From: Balanoglossus misakiensis
Taxonomy: Eukaryota; Animalia; Hemichordata
Length of the DNA: 64,000 nt
Assembly (NCBI GenBank): GCA_040954595.2
Contig: CM082585.2
Location: 11,015,995 to 11,079,994, forward strand
Direction of reading: 5' to 3'
The first letter of the stretch is position 1, and each line of letters opens with the position of its first letter. Position numbers and translations under genes: made by a program. Below the pieces are notes generated by a model that worked only from the letters and a program-made list of their open reading frames with translations, was not told the DNA's origin and did no database searches. Positions 12,433 to 25,322 of the stretch are shown here, piece after piece.

Positions 12433-15400
12433 TCCACGAGGAAATTGTGTGGCACGTTGTTTTCGACATTAGAGGACGAAACGTTCAGAAAGAGAGCATA
12501 TCCTGGTCTGTTGGGTATCTTAGACGACCACCAGCTTTTCAGTTCAGCGGTAAGTGCGTGAAAATTGTAAAGAGCGTGAGTTTGGCTGTGGATAAAAGCC
12601 GAACAAACCCACGCCCACCATGTGCACGTGCAGTACACTGCAGGCGCTGGTCAACCGAATAGTCTTCAAGTTTCGTGGATTATGTCTAAAATAATATTGG
12701 CCGTACTCGAGCCTTTTCTAGGTGTTGCATACTGGAGTTGGGCGATATCTGGTTTTGTCGTCCAACGCCCAATTATACCAGGCAAAACCGAGATTTGGTA
12801 CGTACCCTGAATAAACGGACACGCCCCCTTTATTACGCAATACTGCTTCAGTGAAGAAACTGACAGTGACACGCCCATTTTATTACTCAATACACTGGTT
12901 CTGACCATGGCCTTGTACAGTATGTTTTGAGCATGGAATACCAGAGAGCTATTCATGGTTACTATGTAGTTCCTTGCTGCGGCTCTGTATACCTGTTTTT
13001 GTTGTGGATAGCACTGTGTCATATGGTAGCAGCCAGGGTGGGGCAGATATTATATTCTCACTTCAAACATTCTGCCTGATCTTCCCCCCCCCCTCCCCTG
13101 CTTCTAACGCAGCTTTATGCCAGTGTTGCCTGAGGGAGGATCGAGATAATTAAAATTGAGTTTTCTGTTATCTTGTCTTGCAGACATCGTATACCCATGA
13201 CTTTGTCAGTCACATTCACAACACATTACATTCGGCTGATAGTAGGTAAGTCTGTTCTATGCACATACACAATTTGTAGCTGTAAAAACTGGTCTTAAGA
13301 TTAAGGTTGTGAAATTAACACTGAGAAAGTCAATCACATAACTGATGTCATAAACTTGAAACTTGAAGTTCTATTTGTTATTTTCTCCAGATGGGAAGGT
13401 GTCTCACTGTTGAGTGTATACATCAATCAGTGCAGTAGTTCGCAGTTTACAGAACACTGCAATGCCTGGGTTAGACTTTTGCTGAATGTACTACAGGTGA
13501 GTCAAAAACTGTGAGGATGGCAGCAGGCCTCTTCATGCCCCAGATGACCATCACATTTGTAATTTCAGTGATATAGATATAGTCGGTCAACAGTCAAAAC
13601 ACCTACCTGAGCTTAGCATGTGCTTGGCTATGTTTCTAAACCTCATAGAAAAACACATTAATGAATAGACTGTTGGTCTTTCATCATGTACACTTCTAAA
13701 TATCTGTGATTTCTTTTGCAGTCACATGATGCAGCAGAGGTCATAAACTTTGCTTGTGAAGTTCTCTCAGATCTTCTCGGCGTTGCTGTTGGATTTTCTG
13801 AGATTGCCAGGGAGCTGTCGCACCAAATTGCCGTCATTATCAAATGGGTCATATCAGCCACTCCTGCGGTAAGTTACACAGTTATCAGTTGTTATACATA
13901 TACTACAGGCTGAAGTTGTGTTGGATTTTAGAACAGCAGTTTGTCTGACAAGTCTTGCATGTTAGACATGTTTGGGTACAGTACAACTCAAGCAGGCAAA
14001 TAGTATTTTACATGCCCCACTCTTCAATGTTTATTTTTTCAGTGTTTGCCGGGAGCATTAACCCTTGTGACATCATGCGTCCGGCATTTCCCAGGATCAT
14101 CTGGCCCATTCAAGTCCAAAGTAGAAAATTTCGTACTGGGTATTTGGCAGGAAAGCACTAATCCAAACATCACAGAGGTATTTGTTTACAAGACATGATT
14201 CGTGTTGATTTTATTTGACATGGCCAAACCAATGATTCAATTTGCTTGTTAATTGTTAAATTTAGCATGTCTCATATCATATTTGTTCTTGGTTATTGCT
14301 ATCGACAATCACAGTCACACTCTTGTTCTTTTACAGACTGCTTGTCATGTGTTTAGCATGTTGCCAAGAGTTGGTGGAGGAGGGTCAAAGGGCATCAAAC
14401 ACATTGAAGCCTGGGACATCCATATGAACAGGATCTTAGGATCCTCACACAATGCTATATCCCAACTCTATCAGGATATCGAAACAGGTAAAACTAATCA
14501 AGCAAAAAATGATTGTTCTTTTAAGTATATGCATGTTATACTTGGAAATTTCTATGTTGAGAAATGTTAGGAAATGAAGTATTACCAATCAAGGCCATCT
14601 ATCCATATTCCCAGGTGTTGAAACACACAGTATTCCTAAAGAAACACTGCCATTGGCTCTTCCTGAAGAAACTGAACCCAGGCGTACTTTCCAATTAGCA
14701 AACCAATTTCAAACACTCTGCAGATGTTTAAGGTACCAAATCAGGTAAAAGGTCTTCGTGTTTTTCTTCTTCATTTTAGTTTTACTATTAAGTACCATTG
14801 GATTGCTGGGATAACTTCTGTCCCTGTGTCATGATGTATGATGTGTAATGTTTTTTTTCTCTTCTCCTTAACAGTGGAGACTTCCCTGCAACAGTACACA
14901 TGCCGATTGATGCAATCTTAACACTAGTTTGCAGGACACTTGCTATCAACTGTCAAATTCTGGTAAGTTATCACAAACCAGTTTTGTGTAGTTAACACCA
15001 TTGGATGGTGAAAATAAATTAGTATACAAGTCTATCATCAATATAACTTGGTTTCTTGTTTCTCTTACAGGCCAATAAAACCACAACAGAATTCATGTTG
15101 CTGTCAAATTTTATACCAAAGTTACATACTGCTGCTCTTCGAGTATTGGATACCTTAATCAAACGGTAAGTACATGTAGAGTTTTACAAAAGGCTACTCT
15201 AATACACAGGCTTTCAACTGATATTAAATACTGGTACTTGATTTTGTCTTTCAGTTGTGGAAGTCACATGATACCACATGGTCCAATCATCAATAAGGTC
15301 CTCATACAGACACTGGGCTGGACCAATAGCAGCACAGCTAGTGTTAATAGTGGCCAACAACTACCATATGCGTAAGTAATATTGTAAACAACATATGTTT

Positions 15401-18288
15401 GTTAGGAATAGTTATCCATAGTTTCAACTTATTTTCATTGTGTATTACTTGACAAATTTGCAAATACGAGTTATGAAATATGTGTATTCATTAAACAATT
15501 ACCTACAGGTCCTTGAAGTCTGAGTGTTACACTGTATTGCATACATGGTTGTCCAGTGTGGGGGCTGCAAGCTGTATAGATTCCAACACCGACAAACTCA
15601 TTGAATTCCTACTGGCAGATATTAAACCAAGACAAGAAAACATACAGGTAAACGTTAACACATTGTTTGATTGCAGTGTTTTCCAACAACTCTCTATAAA
15701 TATCAATGTTAGTTTCATAATTGCTTGAATTATTTTACTGTTTTATCACTTAATGTTTCACAGCTGATCACCAGTAAAACTCCTGAGTTTGAGAGCAGTA
15801 AGAAGAAAAGGAGAAAACACAAAGGCTTTGAGACTGCTGATCAGTTACTAGGACAACAGAAAACAAACTGTTTAGCAAATCAGGAAGTAACATATGCAGC
15901 TCTTAAAGGTATGTTTGTATGCTTTTATCTTTCTGTATTGTAAGTTGCTTTCTGTTGTGTTCACCCTTTAAAGATCTTTGCTTACATGATTGGCATTCAT
16001 ATAGTTTAATAATCTGTTTTTAATCATTTCTTCAGGTCTTACAGCATTCATTCAGGTCCAAGGTACTCGTTTGAAACCAGGTGTACACAGGGTAAGTTTT
16101 CTCCGTCACAGTCATAGCAAACAGCAACCTTACTGTAAACTAACTCACAGTTCCATATTTGGGTAATAATCCCAGAATAAAACTAAAGCAACAGTAGTTG
16201 ATATTGTGACTTGAATTCTTTTGCAGGACATTCACACTGTTGTAGTACCATTACTGCTTGCCATCCAACAGAATCCAACAAACCCACCAATTCCTTATTC
16301 ATGTCCCAAATCCCGCCAGCAGTTGTACCGTTTGCTGTTGGCCTGTATACTTGTACCTCATCCAAGATGGCCGCCACCTCTGCAGTGCAGCATCAAGATC
16401 TTCAGCGTCGGATTGCAAGATGCAAGCCTGGAAGTGAGTCTCTTAAAATATATTCACATGACTGAATGAAACAGTCACTCTTCATGTTAGTGTCATGTTC
16501 CCCCCCCCCCCCGAAATGTGATGCGTTGAAAGAGTGAACTAGTTTTTCAGATGAGAGAAAGAATGTATGTCAATGGTCAGAGAAATGGCAAGGTTGAAAG
16601 CTTCCAGCAGTCCCTCAGTTTGAAGACGGAGGGATCTAGAAGAGGAATCTGTGAGCATCATTGATTCAATGGTCATGCATTGTTTATAGGTGTAGTCTTC
16701 TACCTGTTAACAATGCCATACCCATTGCAAAATGGACCATGTCATATCACATGACGAAAGCAACAGGCTAGATGCTTTTTCGATAAGACCTGTAAACTTT
16801 ATAGCTAGATCAACAACTGAGAAATTAGGTCATACGTTCACGACATCCCGGCCAGACTTTTGTTATGGTCTTTTATTTAATATTACGGAGGACCAAATCG
16901 TGTGTGTGCAGTTTTTTCGGAATGCAGACGCAAGGTTAGTTCGTCGTTCATGAGAATTCGATGAAATTTAAGTTGGTAAAACATTTACTTATGATTTTAT
17001 TTGTTTTATATTTTCTCTATGCAATGTTGTATTATTTTTATCATTGTTTTATTATTTTGATTTTATCTTTTTATAGTGTTCTGTAATCTTTTTCATTTTG
17101 ATATTATTGTGTACATTATTTACTTTGATTTTTTAGAATAAGAGAATTATCATAACAATCACTCATATTGTTATATTGATTAGTCAATACTATTCAAAAA
17201 TTCCTTGGGACAATACTGAATTTATATTGTCATTGTAATTTTTTTTCATGACAGCTGCTGTGGGAGTGTGAATGTTAGAAGCATGATGAATTGAGTATGC
17301 AAGCCAATATTTTATTAAACAGTGCAACCATTTGTACAGTCATTGATAAAATAGAATTTGATATCACAGATGAAATTCCGTTTTGTACTTTCAGGTCTCC
17401 ACTGTCTGCAGGGAATCACAGATAATCTGCAATTCAGTCATTCATCCCAGAGTTCCAAGTCTGAATACATCCCTGCCTCAAGCTGACCTCTCTGATCACG
17501 TGACCCGACAGAATAGGAGTGTGAACTTTAGCCTGCCATATGAAAAGGTCACAGCCTCAGCAGTGGGATCTTCAGTTGCCATGTCAACAGTCGTTAAGGG
17601 CATAGCCATGGACAGTGAAGAAGACAGTGGTTTAACTTCAGAGAAGAGTACAAACATGACGAAATCTGAAACTCCCAGAAAAAATCTCACTGACATACCT
17701 CGCGAAACGGTCATTGATCAAGGTCCACAAGATAAAGGAACTTCATCAAATGAAAGAAAAGATGCACCTGTTGCCAAGGAAACAGAAGAAAAAGAAAGTG
17801 AGAAAGATGCTGGTGATAGTAGCAGTAGCAGCGATGATGACGGTGACCAAAATGAGGAGGAAAATAAAGAAAAGGAAGAAAGGTCAGAGAGTGACTCAGA
17901 CAGGGGTGTGAAACGGAAAACAGATAATAGTCGTTCAGAGGATGATGTTGATGAAGAACATGCCAAGAAGAAAAAGGTAGAGACATATTCTAATTCTGAT
18001 AGTTTTCATATTTATTTTCATGTTGAGCTATTTGTTGAGAAAGCTGTAACAGTTTCTGTCAAGAGTTTACAAACCATATGAGCCACAAAACCAAAAACCA
18101 CTGAGTTCCCTCCTCATATTTTCTACAGAGACATGTCAAATGATTTATACACTTCCCAGTAAGATCACGGGGCAGTATTATAGTAACTGTGCTTCATGTA
18201 CTTCTAACATTTGTCTTTGCAGGTTGATGATCTGGCCTCTGATGCAATGATTGAAAGTTTTGTGGATTCACTTCCGGATTCTGACTGA
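12424..18288 (+). CDS. PELP1: Proline-, glutamic acid- and leucine-rich protein 1 (Rix1/PELP1, rixosome subunit)
   Basis: About 16 exons starting 12424-12549, 13184-13245, 13391-13496, 13722-13868, 14043-14177, 14337-14487, 14615-14744, 14875-14962 and ending 17395-17976, 18223-18288. Motifs RWEGVSLLSVYINQCSSSQFTEHCNAWVRLL, IPYSCPKSRQQLYRLLLACILVPHPRWPPPLQC, VIHPRVPSL, an acidic tail and C-terminal DAMIESFVDSLPDSD match PELP1 as recalled. Confidence 0.92.
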
Positions 18289-18691
18289 ATACAAGATTGC
18301 TGATGTCTGGTTGCCATTGTAACAACAGAGATGAAGGGAATCTGATCATATAAATTGATATTGTGGAAAATAAACATGTTTCATGTATCAAATGTGTATT
18401 TCTTGTGTAATATTTTGTCTGATGTTCACAGCATACCTATGTATGTATGTAATTTAAAGTATATACAAATATATATATAATATCTACCAATCTATAACAC
18501 ATACAAGGTAACGCAAAGTTGATCAAATTTATAGCAATTACAAAATCTTTATTCACCACATTGACTTCATGTTCACAAATGAAAATGGTAAACCTGCTAA
18601 ATTTAATGTAAAACCAAATGTTTAATAAGATACGTTTAAAAACTTCAAGCACAAGTAACATACATCTGCAAGTTATCTTTCGCTTTGGCTT

Positions 18692-20188
18692 TTATTCGAC
18701 TTTTCCCAAGTATTCGTCCGCCAGCTTCATAGTGTCAAGGAATTCTGTAAAGTGAAAAAGCAAGAAGGAATGTTGCTAACCTGTGATTGCGACACAAACT
18801 TTAACAAAGGGGAAATAGCAGCATAGCAATAAATAAAAACTAGGACAGTCACCCCCTGGACATTAGCCCTAACCCTAACCACATGACTATTGGAAGGGAC
18901 TGAAATAGCCAGATGGTAAATATATCCTGGGCCAGAGGGGGTAACACACCTTACCTCAAACAAGAATGTACTGAAATGAAGTAAATGCAGGCAGACGCAG
19001 ACATAAATAAATTCCAAATTGATCGGTTAGAAAATTTCAGAAAAAGCAATGCTTGATATTTGCAGTTATATACATGTATGTTCATTCACCTTCGTAACTG
19101 ATTTTACCATTTCCGTCAGCGTCGAGATCTTTCATGAATGAGTCGATTTCCTTCTGAGGTACCTTAATCAGTTGCATGTTCTCCAGTGTGTGACGTATCA
19201 CAATGGCGTCAATCGACCCCTCTTCGTTCTTATCAAAGACTTCAAATGCATCTCGGATTTCCGATACTGAACCCATGTCGATGAGTTTTTTCACCATGAT
19301 GTCAAGGAACTGGGCAAAGTTGATCCACCGCATACCTTTGCAAATGAAAATACATGCCTGATATGAAACCTCAGCCGATTGTTCACATTAGTCACTAAAC
19401 TAAGTATTCCATAATCTGGACTTCATATAGAAATTTAGTACAAAATCAGTCAAGAATAGCATTCTTTCTCCTTATTTCCTTATCATATACCTTTGAGAAG
19501 ACTTGAACATTTGTTCCAGATTGGGAAATGTAAAACAGACTTATGATTAGCATTTGTGCACAACATACATGTAGTCTTCTGTTGATGAAAGCGCCCCTAT
19601 ATACCAAACGCCATATCTTACCTTGAGTTTTATAATAATTAATAATGTAGTGGACTTCGCCATTTGTTGGGTTTTGACCACAGATCCTCAAAATGTCCTT
19701 AATCTCGTTAATTCTGACTGTACCATCGCCGAATCTATCAAACATTAGGAAAACCTCTTCAAATTCTGTTGAAAAGATGGTCAAAAAACTGTCAAATAAC
19801 TTCACCACAACACCTATCCCAGTCTGTCATGCATAACTTTCTTTGTTATACTTTTACCCTGACAATACTATCAATCTGTGAAACTCAGATGAGTGTAATC
19901 AAGTTCTGAACCTCAAAAGACTGACAACAAATGTAATTTTTGGTTCCTTTAGACATCCAAAATATTAATACCCAAGACTTGTTCTTCAGTGAAAAATTTC
20001 TGGGCCTTTGTCCTTGATTTCTGAAATAAATTTGAAGAGAAAATTCAAATTAAAGGTGGCTCCTCGGTTTAATCATCAATTTGAATTAAATCTACATGCT
20101 CAGATGTGTTGTGTTTTCCAGCACTACCACATCATGCCAGACGTATGTATAAACATACCTTTAATGATTCTGCCAACTTAGGATCCAT
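18692..20188 (-). CDS. Calmodulin-like EF-hand protein A (highly diverged)
   Basis: Exons 20188-20159 (MDPKLAESLK), 20020-19972 (..FTEEQVL), 19765-19622 (144 bp, EFEEVFLMFDRFGDG..GQNPT), 19335-19090, 18744-18692 (EFLDTMKLADEYLGKVE*). Calmodulin intron positions and phases; only EF4 (DADGNGKISYEE) is canonical. Confidence 0.88.
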
Positions 20189-20987
20189 TCTTGCTGTTAT
20201 TCAGTATGTGTCTTCTCTCGTGTATAATTGCAGGCAAATAATATGTCGAACAAAATCAGCACTAAGTATGCATCTAACACAAAGGGTGGAGGACTAATTT
20301 TGAATATGTTATGTGTGTACCATTTATACTGCATTGTTTTACATCACTTCAATTGTGTTTATGTAATGTTTTTCAAAGGAGCATGTCTTGTCTTGTTGCA
20401 CATATTGTGTTCTTAAAAAGAACGACAACAAAGTTGTCACGCTATGTTAATGAAACTGCAGTGAAGTGTAAAATACTTGTAAACTCAATATTGAAGTACA
20501 GATTTTTGTCATGCTCTCTCATATTCAGAAATGTTTGAGGTCACATATGTGTAGTCAGTCAGATTGTAGTTAGGTATTTGGTGTCCCAGGTAGGTAAGAA
20601 AGGTGGGTGGGTGAGGTGGTAGATATGCAAAGTACATGTTGGATAGTAGCGAGAAAAGTCAAAATATAGATAGACAGGTTGCTGGAATTACTTGATGTAG
20701 GGTGTTTGGATGGTGGGCGGAGGGATACTTGGGTGGCTGAAAATGTGGTTCGGTCAGTAAAGAGGACGTAAACGCATCTTTTTGAAAATCTATGTTTATT
20801 GCAATGTGAAAAATACGTCATTTTCAGATTTCTTTTTACAAAAATAAGCAAGGCTTTCTTGTATATTATGAACCATCAGCTTATCTCAATGAATTAAAAA
20901 ACAAACATACAAAGCAAGTTCAAAGGACTATTCCATGACCATCGATGTCTGCAAGCAAGCATAGTGGGTGACAACAGTCCAGTGTAA

Positions 20988-21468
20988 TCACGTTTTCATT
21001 ATTTGCAGTAATTCTGAAAGTAAATTAGTTGAGAGACCACATTAGATTTAATAAAATTTAACATTGAAGATATTATCCAAAATTAACCTGCATCCCGATT
21101 TGTTGTGAAACAGTTTATCCCATTCAATTGATGAGGGCGCTCCTTGAAATATTGACAAACTTTTTTAATTCTCAGTGAGGGATTTTAAGAAGCTTGGCAG
21201 TGTAATTCTGTTCTCTTACCTTCATATTCAATGTTTCCATCCTTGTTGAAGTCTATCTCATCGATGAACTCCGTAATCTCATCCTGTTCCAATTTCTCCG
21301 TCACACGAATGCATTCGAGCACATGCTGAAATTCAGTTGCGTTGACCTGACCCGTCTGTTTCTTGTCAAACATGCTGAACGCTTCTCGGAGGTCATCATC
21401 CGGGTCCGATCGACGATATCGTTGCTCCATCAACTTCATGAAATCATTGAAGGTGATCGTCTTTTTGC
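20988..21468 (-). pseudogene. Calmodulin-like gene B, 3' half only (5' exons not found)
   Basis: Exon 21468-21220 (GKKTITFNDFMKLM..DLREAFSMFDKKQTG..DFNKDGNIEYE) and last exon 21013-20988 (ELLQIMKT*) are intact with canonical splice sites. No EF1/GQNP exon was found upstream before unrelated sequence begins. EF-hand identity is secure; pseudogene status is inferred. Confidence 0.7.
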
Positions 21469-22542
21469 CTGGCATAATTAGAATATGCGAGGTTATCTTT
21501 TACCATAGATATTAGAGCGAGAACGCGGATGAATGGATAGTCATACAGTACTTTCGTGGATAGATGTGGAGGTCAAGCTGAATGACCCCGAATACAGCAG
21601 ACAGTCTGTGGATTCGCGTTGTTGACCCTGGGCCAGACTGTGGTATTTCCAAGCGCCAAAATATCGTGGGTCCGATAACACCACATGCTTTACATTACCT
21701 GGTTTGCCAACGAGTCACACGTGAGAGTTAATTCTACCGTTTACTTAAATATTTCGTATTGACATGTACAGTCACATTCAGTGGTTGGTAATGTGTTTGT
21801 GCATACATTTCAATGGACCAGTCTAAGTTTGAAAATAAAATCATGAAAAAAATGCAAAAACAAACAACAATAATGCCCAGCTACTGGGGCTTTAGGCTTA
21901 CGTGCCAACTCGAGCGTTTGTCAACCCTGAAGTTACGAATATTTACCTGTGAGGTTGATCGTTACCCCAAAATCAGTACACTGTATTAGGTAGATAGGTT
22001 TCTGTGTCACTAAATCTATAAATCACATGGATTATTTTTGAACTGCGTACACTGACGCAAGCTGGTGAGGATGACCTAGCGAAACATCGCCACACGTCCA
22101 ATGAATCCTTAAAATGTAGGCAGAAAAATCGACAATTGTTATTTACGCTATCATCCTCTACCGATCACAAGACATTTGTAGACAAAAAATATGAAATATT
22201 CAAACGACAAACACAACGCACACAGTATTGCGAAGAAACTGCGCCCTAGCCTAAAGATGAAAAATGTTTAAATGATTTATAGCCAACGGTGTTTTATAGT
22301 CCAACCTGTTGCCAAGTGGGAATGAGTATTCATCGCGTATTAAAATACAATCCCTTGAATGCAACTTCTTATGAGATAACTGATGAATAAAATCGGATAA
22401 GAGAACATTTCTAGGTCCCTGTGAACCAAAGTTCAAAGTAAGTGGATATTTTCTGGAAACACTACAGCACTTTCACGTGATTGCATCTAAATTCATCCTA
22501 CCATATTTTCCCCCAATAAACGGGATTATCATTTTATTTCAG

Positions 22543-22757
22543 ATACCTCTACCAGACTATAATTTCAGGCCAGCAGAAGAGTTCCTGACTCCAGATTTGG
22601 TCAAGATTAAGTTACCCGAAAACCTGCCCGAGATGGACGCCAATCACCCTTTTTCAACAACCCAGACGCCATGTTCAGACCCGAGAATTTCCGGCATTTG
22701 ATACGCAAGCGCAGCAACGATGACGAGCAGCGACCAATCCAAGATCCAGAAGCCTAG
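22543..22757 (+). pseudogene. Orphan terminal coding exon of an unidentified gene, frameshifted
   Basis: Strong acceptor attttatttcag|, then IPLPDYNFRPAEEFLTPDLVKIKLPENLPEMDANHPF. A 1-nt shift in the T-run at about 22650-22654 continues as NNPDAMFRPENFRHLIRKRSNDDEQRPIQDPEA* (TAG 22755-22757). No upstream exons seen. Confidence 0.5.
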
Positions 22758-24037
22758 AACAGCACACCCACTGATCAACTACCCAGAAGTGTGACCAATT
22801 TCGACATATTTCATCTTCAAGACACACACATTTTCACTACAACTTGGACCGGCTGAAGTTCTATAAAACAAGAATGTGGACATAGTAACTGATCTGGTCC
22901 TGATGTGCAATGAATCAATCTGCATATTCGATTTCGTGATTATATCTTTCTTCAAGTTGATCACACGTGGATATATTCAGTTATAACTGCAAAAATCAAA
23001 GATTTGTACTTTCAGAAAACCCATTCTGTGTTTGCTTCTTTATGCAAAGTCTTTGCGTACATACCACAGTCGGAATACAAAACCAGGTTTGACTGTTGCA
23101 GTGGTTAACTGTTTGTGCTGTTTATAATCGGTTGTATCTGATGTATTTATACGCCATTTGCTTGGCCCTATACTGACTGGCTATGAATTAAAGGTTACAA
23201 ATGATACAACCAAATGTGCTAAGTTGAAGCATTTTGCCCTTTCATGTGTTATACAGAGACACGGTCACCAATGCTGTAAAAGCTAAGTTACGATCAATCA
23301 GATATCAGATGGAGGCTACATCTTTTACTTGCGTTGCGCGGTATTCCCTAATGCGGTCGCATAAGGAATACAGTACTGTGAAGAGGGAAAAGGAAATTGA
23401 GCTTGTGTATCCTGTATACTTAACCAATTGCAACCTTGTGGACACACTGACGCGCACACTGATTTGTTATACTCTTGTACATTTTTATTTTATAATGCTA
23501 ACATATAACACAGATTGTTGGCGAACTTAATGGGGATCAGTTTTCCAAATTTCATGCATTAAAATGGATGCATGGCCACACTCAATCAAAATGTGTGCAG
23601 TGGGTATAACCAGAAAGTTAAAACGTTGACAAAACTTGAAATTCAAAAGATATTCCAGTATACTCCAGCAGAGGGCGATGTTCACAAATTCGTTCACTTG
23701 ATATGCCTGTACCAACTGATGTTCACATCGTGGTGAGGCTGCTTGCTAATCAAGCTTTCCTATGGGAGAACCCGGTCACTTCATATTTTAATTAATCGAC
23801 TCTACAGATCAAATACACACCAACCCATTACTAGTACATGTATTCTCAATGAACAAATCACTTTTGGAGAAAGTTTACCATTTGCATAGCACAGCACCAA
23901 GCTACCATCTGTTACTGGATGAACTGTTACTCTACCAGCTTTTATCAAACTTTGGAAATATGTATTGCGAATCATGGCTTCAAAAAGCAAAACGTGTCAC
24001 GCTTTATATGTTTTGGGTACAGAAAGCTGACTTAATT

Positions 24038-25322
24038 TCAACTGAGCACGCAGCCAATGAGAGCAAAGGAAAATCTCGCGCCAAGGCCTGTTAGAACGAC
24101 AAATAAGATCTGTCCGTGTGATGATGATGATGATGATGATGCTAATGATGACACCGCTACTTCTTGCGAGGATACTGCAGTGGGCAAACTCTCCTGTTTC
24201 TCATCACTATCAGTGTTGTCTATAAATGTATTTTGAACTCCTGAAAAAGAAAAAAATTACTTCAGAATAAAATAAAGAACAGCATATAAGCTGAGTCAAT
24301 GACCTGATGTATGCAATATTACACAGTGCAAAAATATTGGCAAGTCACCAAGTTTCATCATAAGAGAGAGGCAAAGTGACTGGTAGTACCATGACAACAC
24401 CCAGTTATTACCACAATATTTTACTATAATATGAATTTAATCCAAGTTTAATTTCCAAACAAAAGATGTTTACCATCTTCATCTAAAAACCAATCTGGTT
24501 AGCTTCATAAATATTCCAGGATAACATTTGTCAGTGTATTGCTTAGACCCATTTTGTAAATTTTGAAGGCATTAAAAGAGACAAAGTCACTAACTTTTGA
24601 CATTATTTTGATATGGGCTACTTATAGGTTATCTTTGTGTTCCAAGACTACAGTAACACTCACCCATGATGTCATCTCTGACGGCCATAAAGTCCTCGTC
24701 TGGAAGAAACAACTTTTCATCGGTGTCGTTCACTTTGTTACAGTAGTTTTGATAACAGCAACAGAGCCAGTACGGCGTTCTCGCATCATAAAGGCGTTGT
24801 GGAGGATTTTGGTAAGGGTAAGTTGCACTGCAGAAACTTTGTTGATTTGAACACATGCCAACTGCACTTAAGCATCCTGGAATCAGAAATAGAGTTTGTG
24901 GAACTGATAAAAGTGAAACCATTGCGAAAAACTACAGCTAATCGAGCTAGTTCCATCTAAAAAAATAACAAGTGTAGCGTATATAACACTTTACTAGGCT
25001 GTAACATTGGTTATACCCACCTTGCATTACGATTGATAACTGTCCTTTTTCCATTTTCCAAATTACATGGCACCCTGTGTTGTCATTTGAACACTCTATA
25101 TCTTGACACGTCATGTTCTTGGCGCATCCAGCACACATCAAACCTGTAGCTCGTTTAGTTTTAGTACTCAACAGAACTGAGCAAGAGGAGGGGGAGGGGA
25201 GAGACAGAGAGATGGTGGTTACTTAGAGATGATGCACTAGCATCCAAACACAACTAAATTATAGCTGGAAACTCACCACACAGTGTCAAAACAATCCACC
25301 ATCCCAGCCACTGAGGCGCCAT
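24038..25322 (-). CDS. Secreted or GPI-anchored protein with a BMP/activin type II receptor-like three-finger ectodomain, no kinase (205 aa)
   Basis: Exons 25322-25277, 25176-25021, 24876-24664, 24240-24038 (618 nt, all introns phase 1, GT-AG). Signal-like MAPQWLGWWIVLTLCVLLS; CHVIWKMEKGQLSIVMQGCL..C..C..YWLCCCYQNYCN; acidic Ser-rich stalk; terminal hydrophobic ILFVVLTGLGARFSFALIGCVLS*. Confidence 0.85.

Noticed and set aside
22061-22095. Hammerhead ribozyme-like ctggtgag...cgaaac
   Set aside because: Core reads CTGGTGA rather than CTGANGA and no convincing stems; a similar near-miss at about 47942 lacks GAAA.
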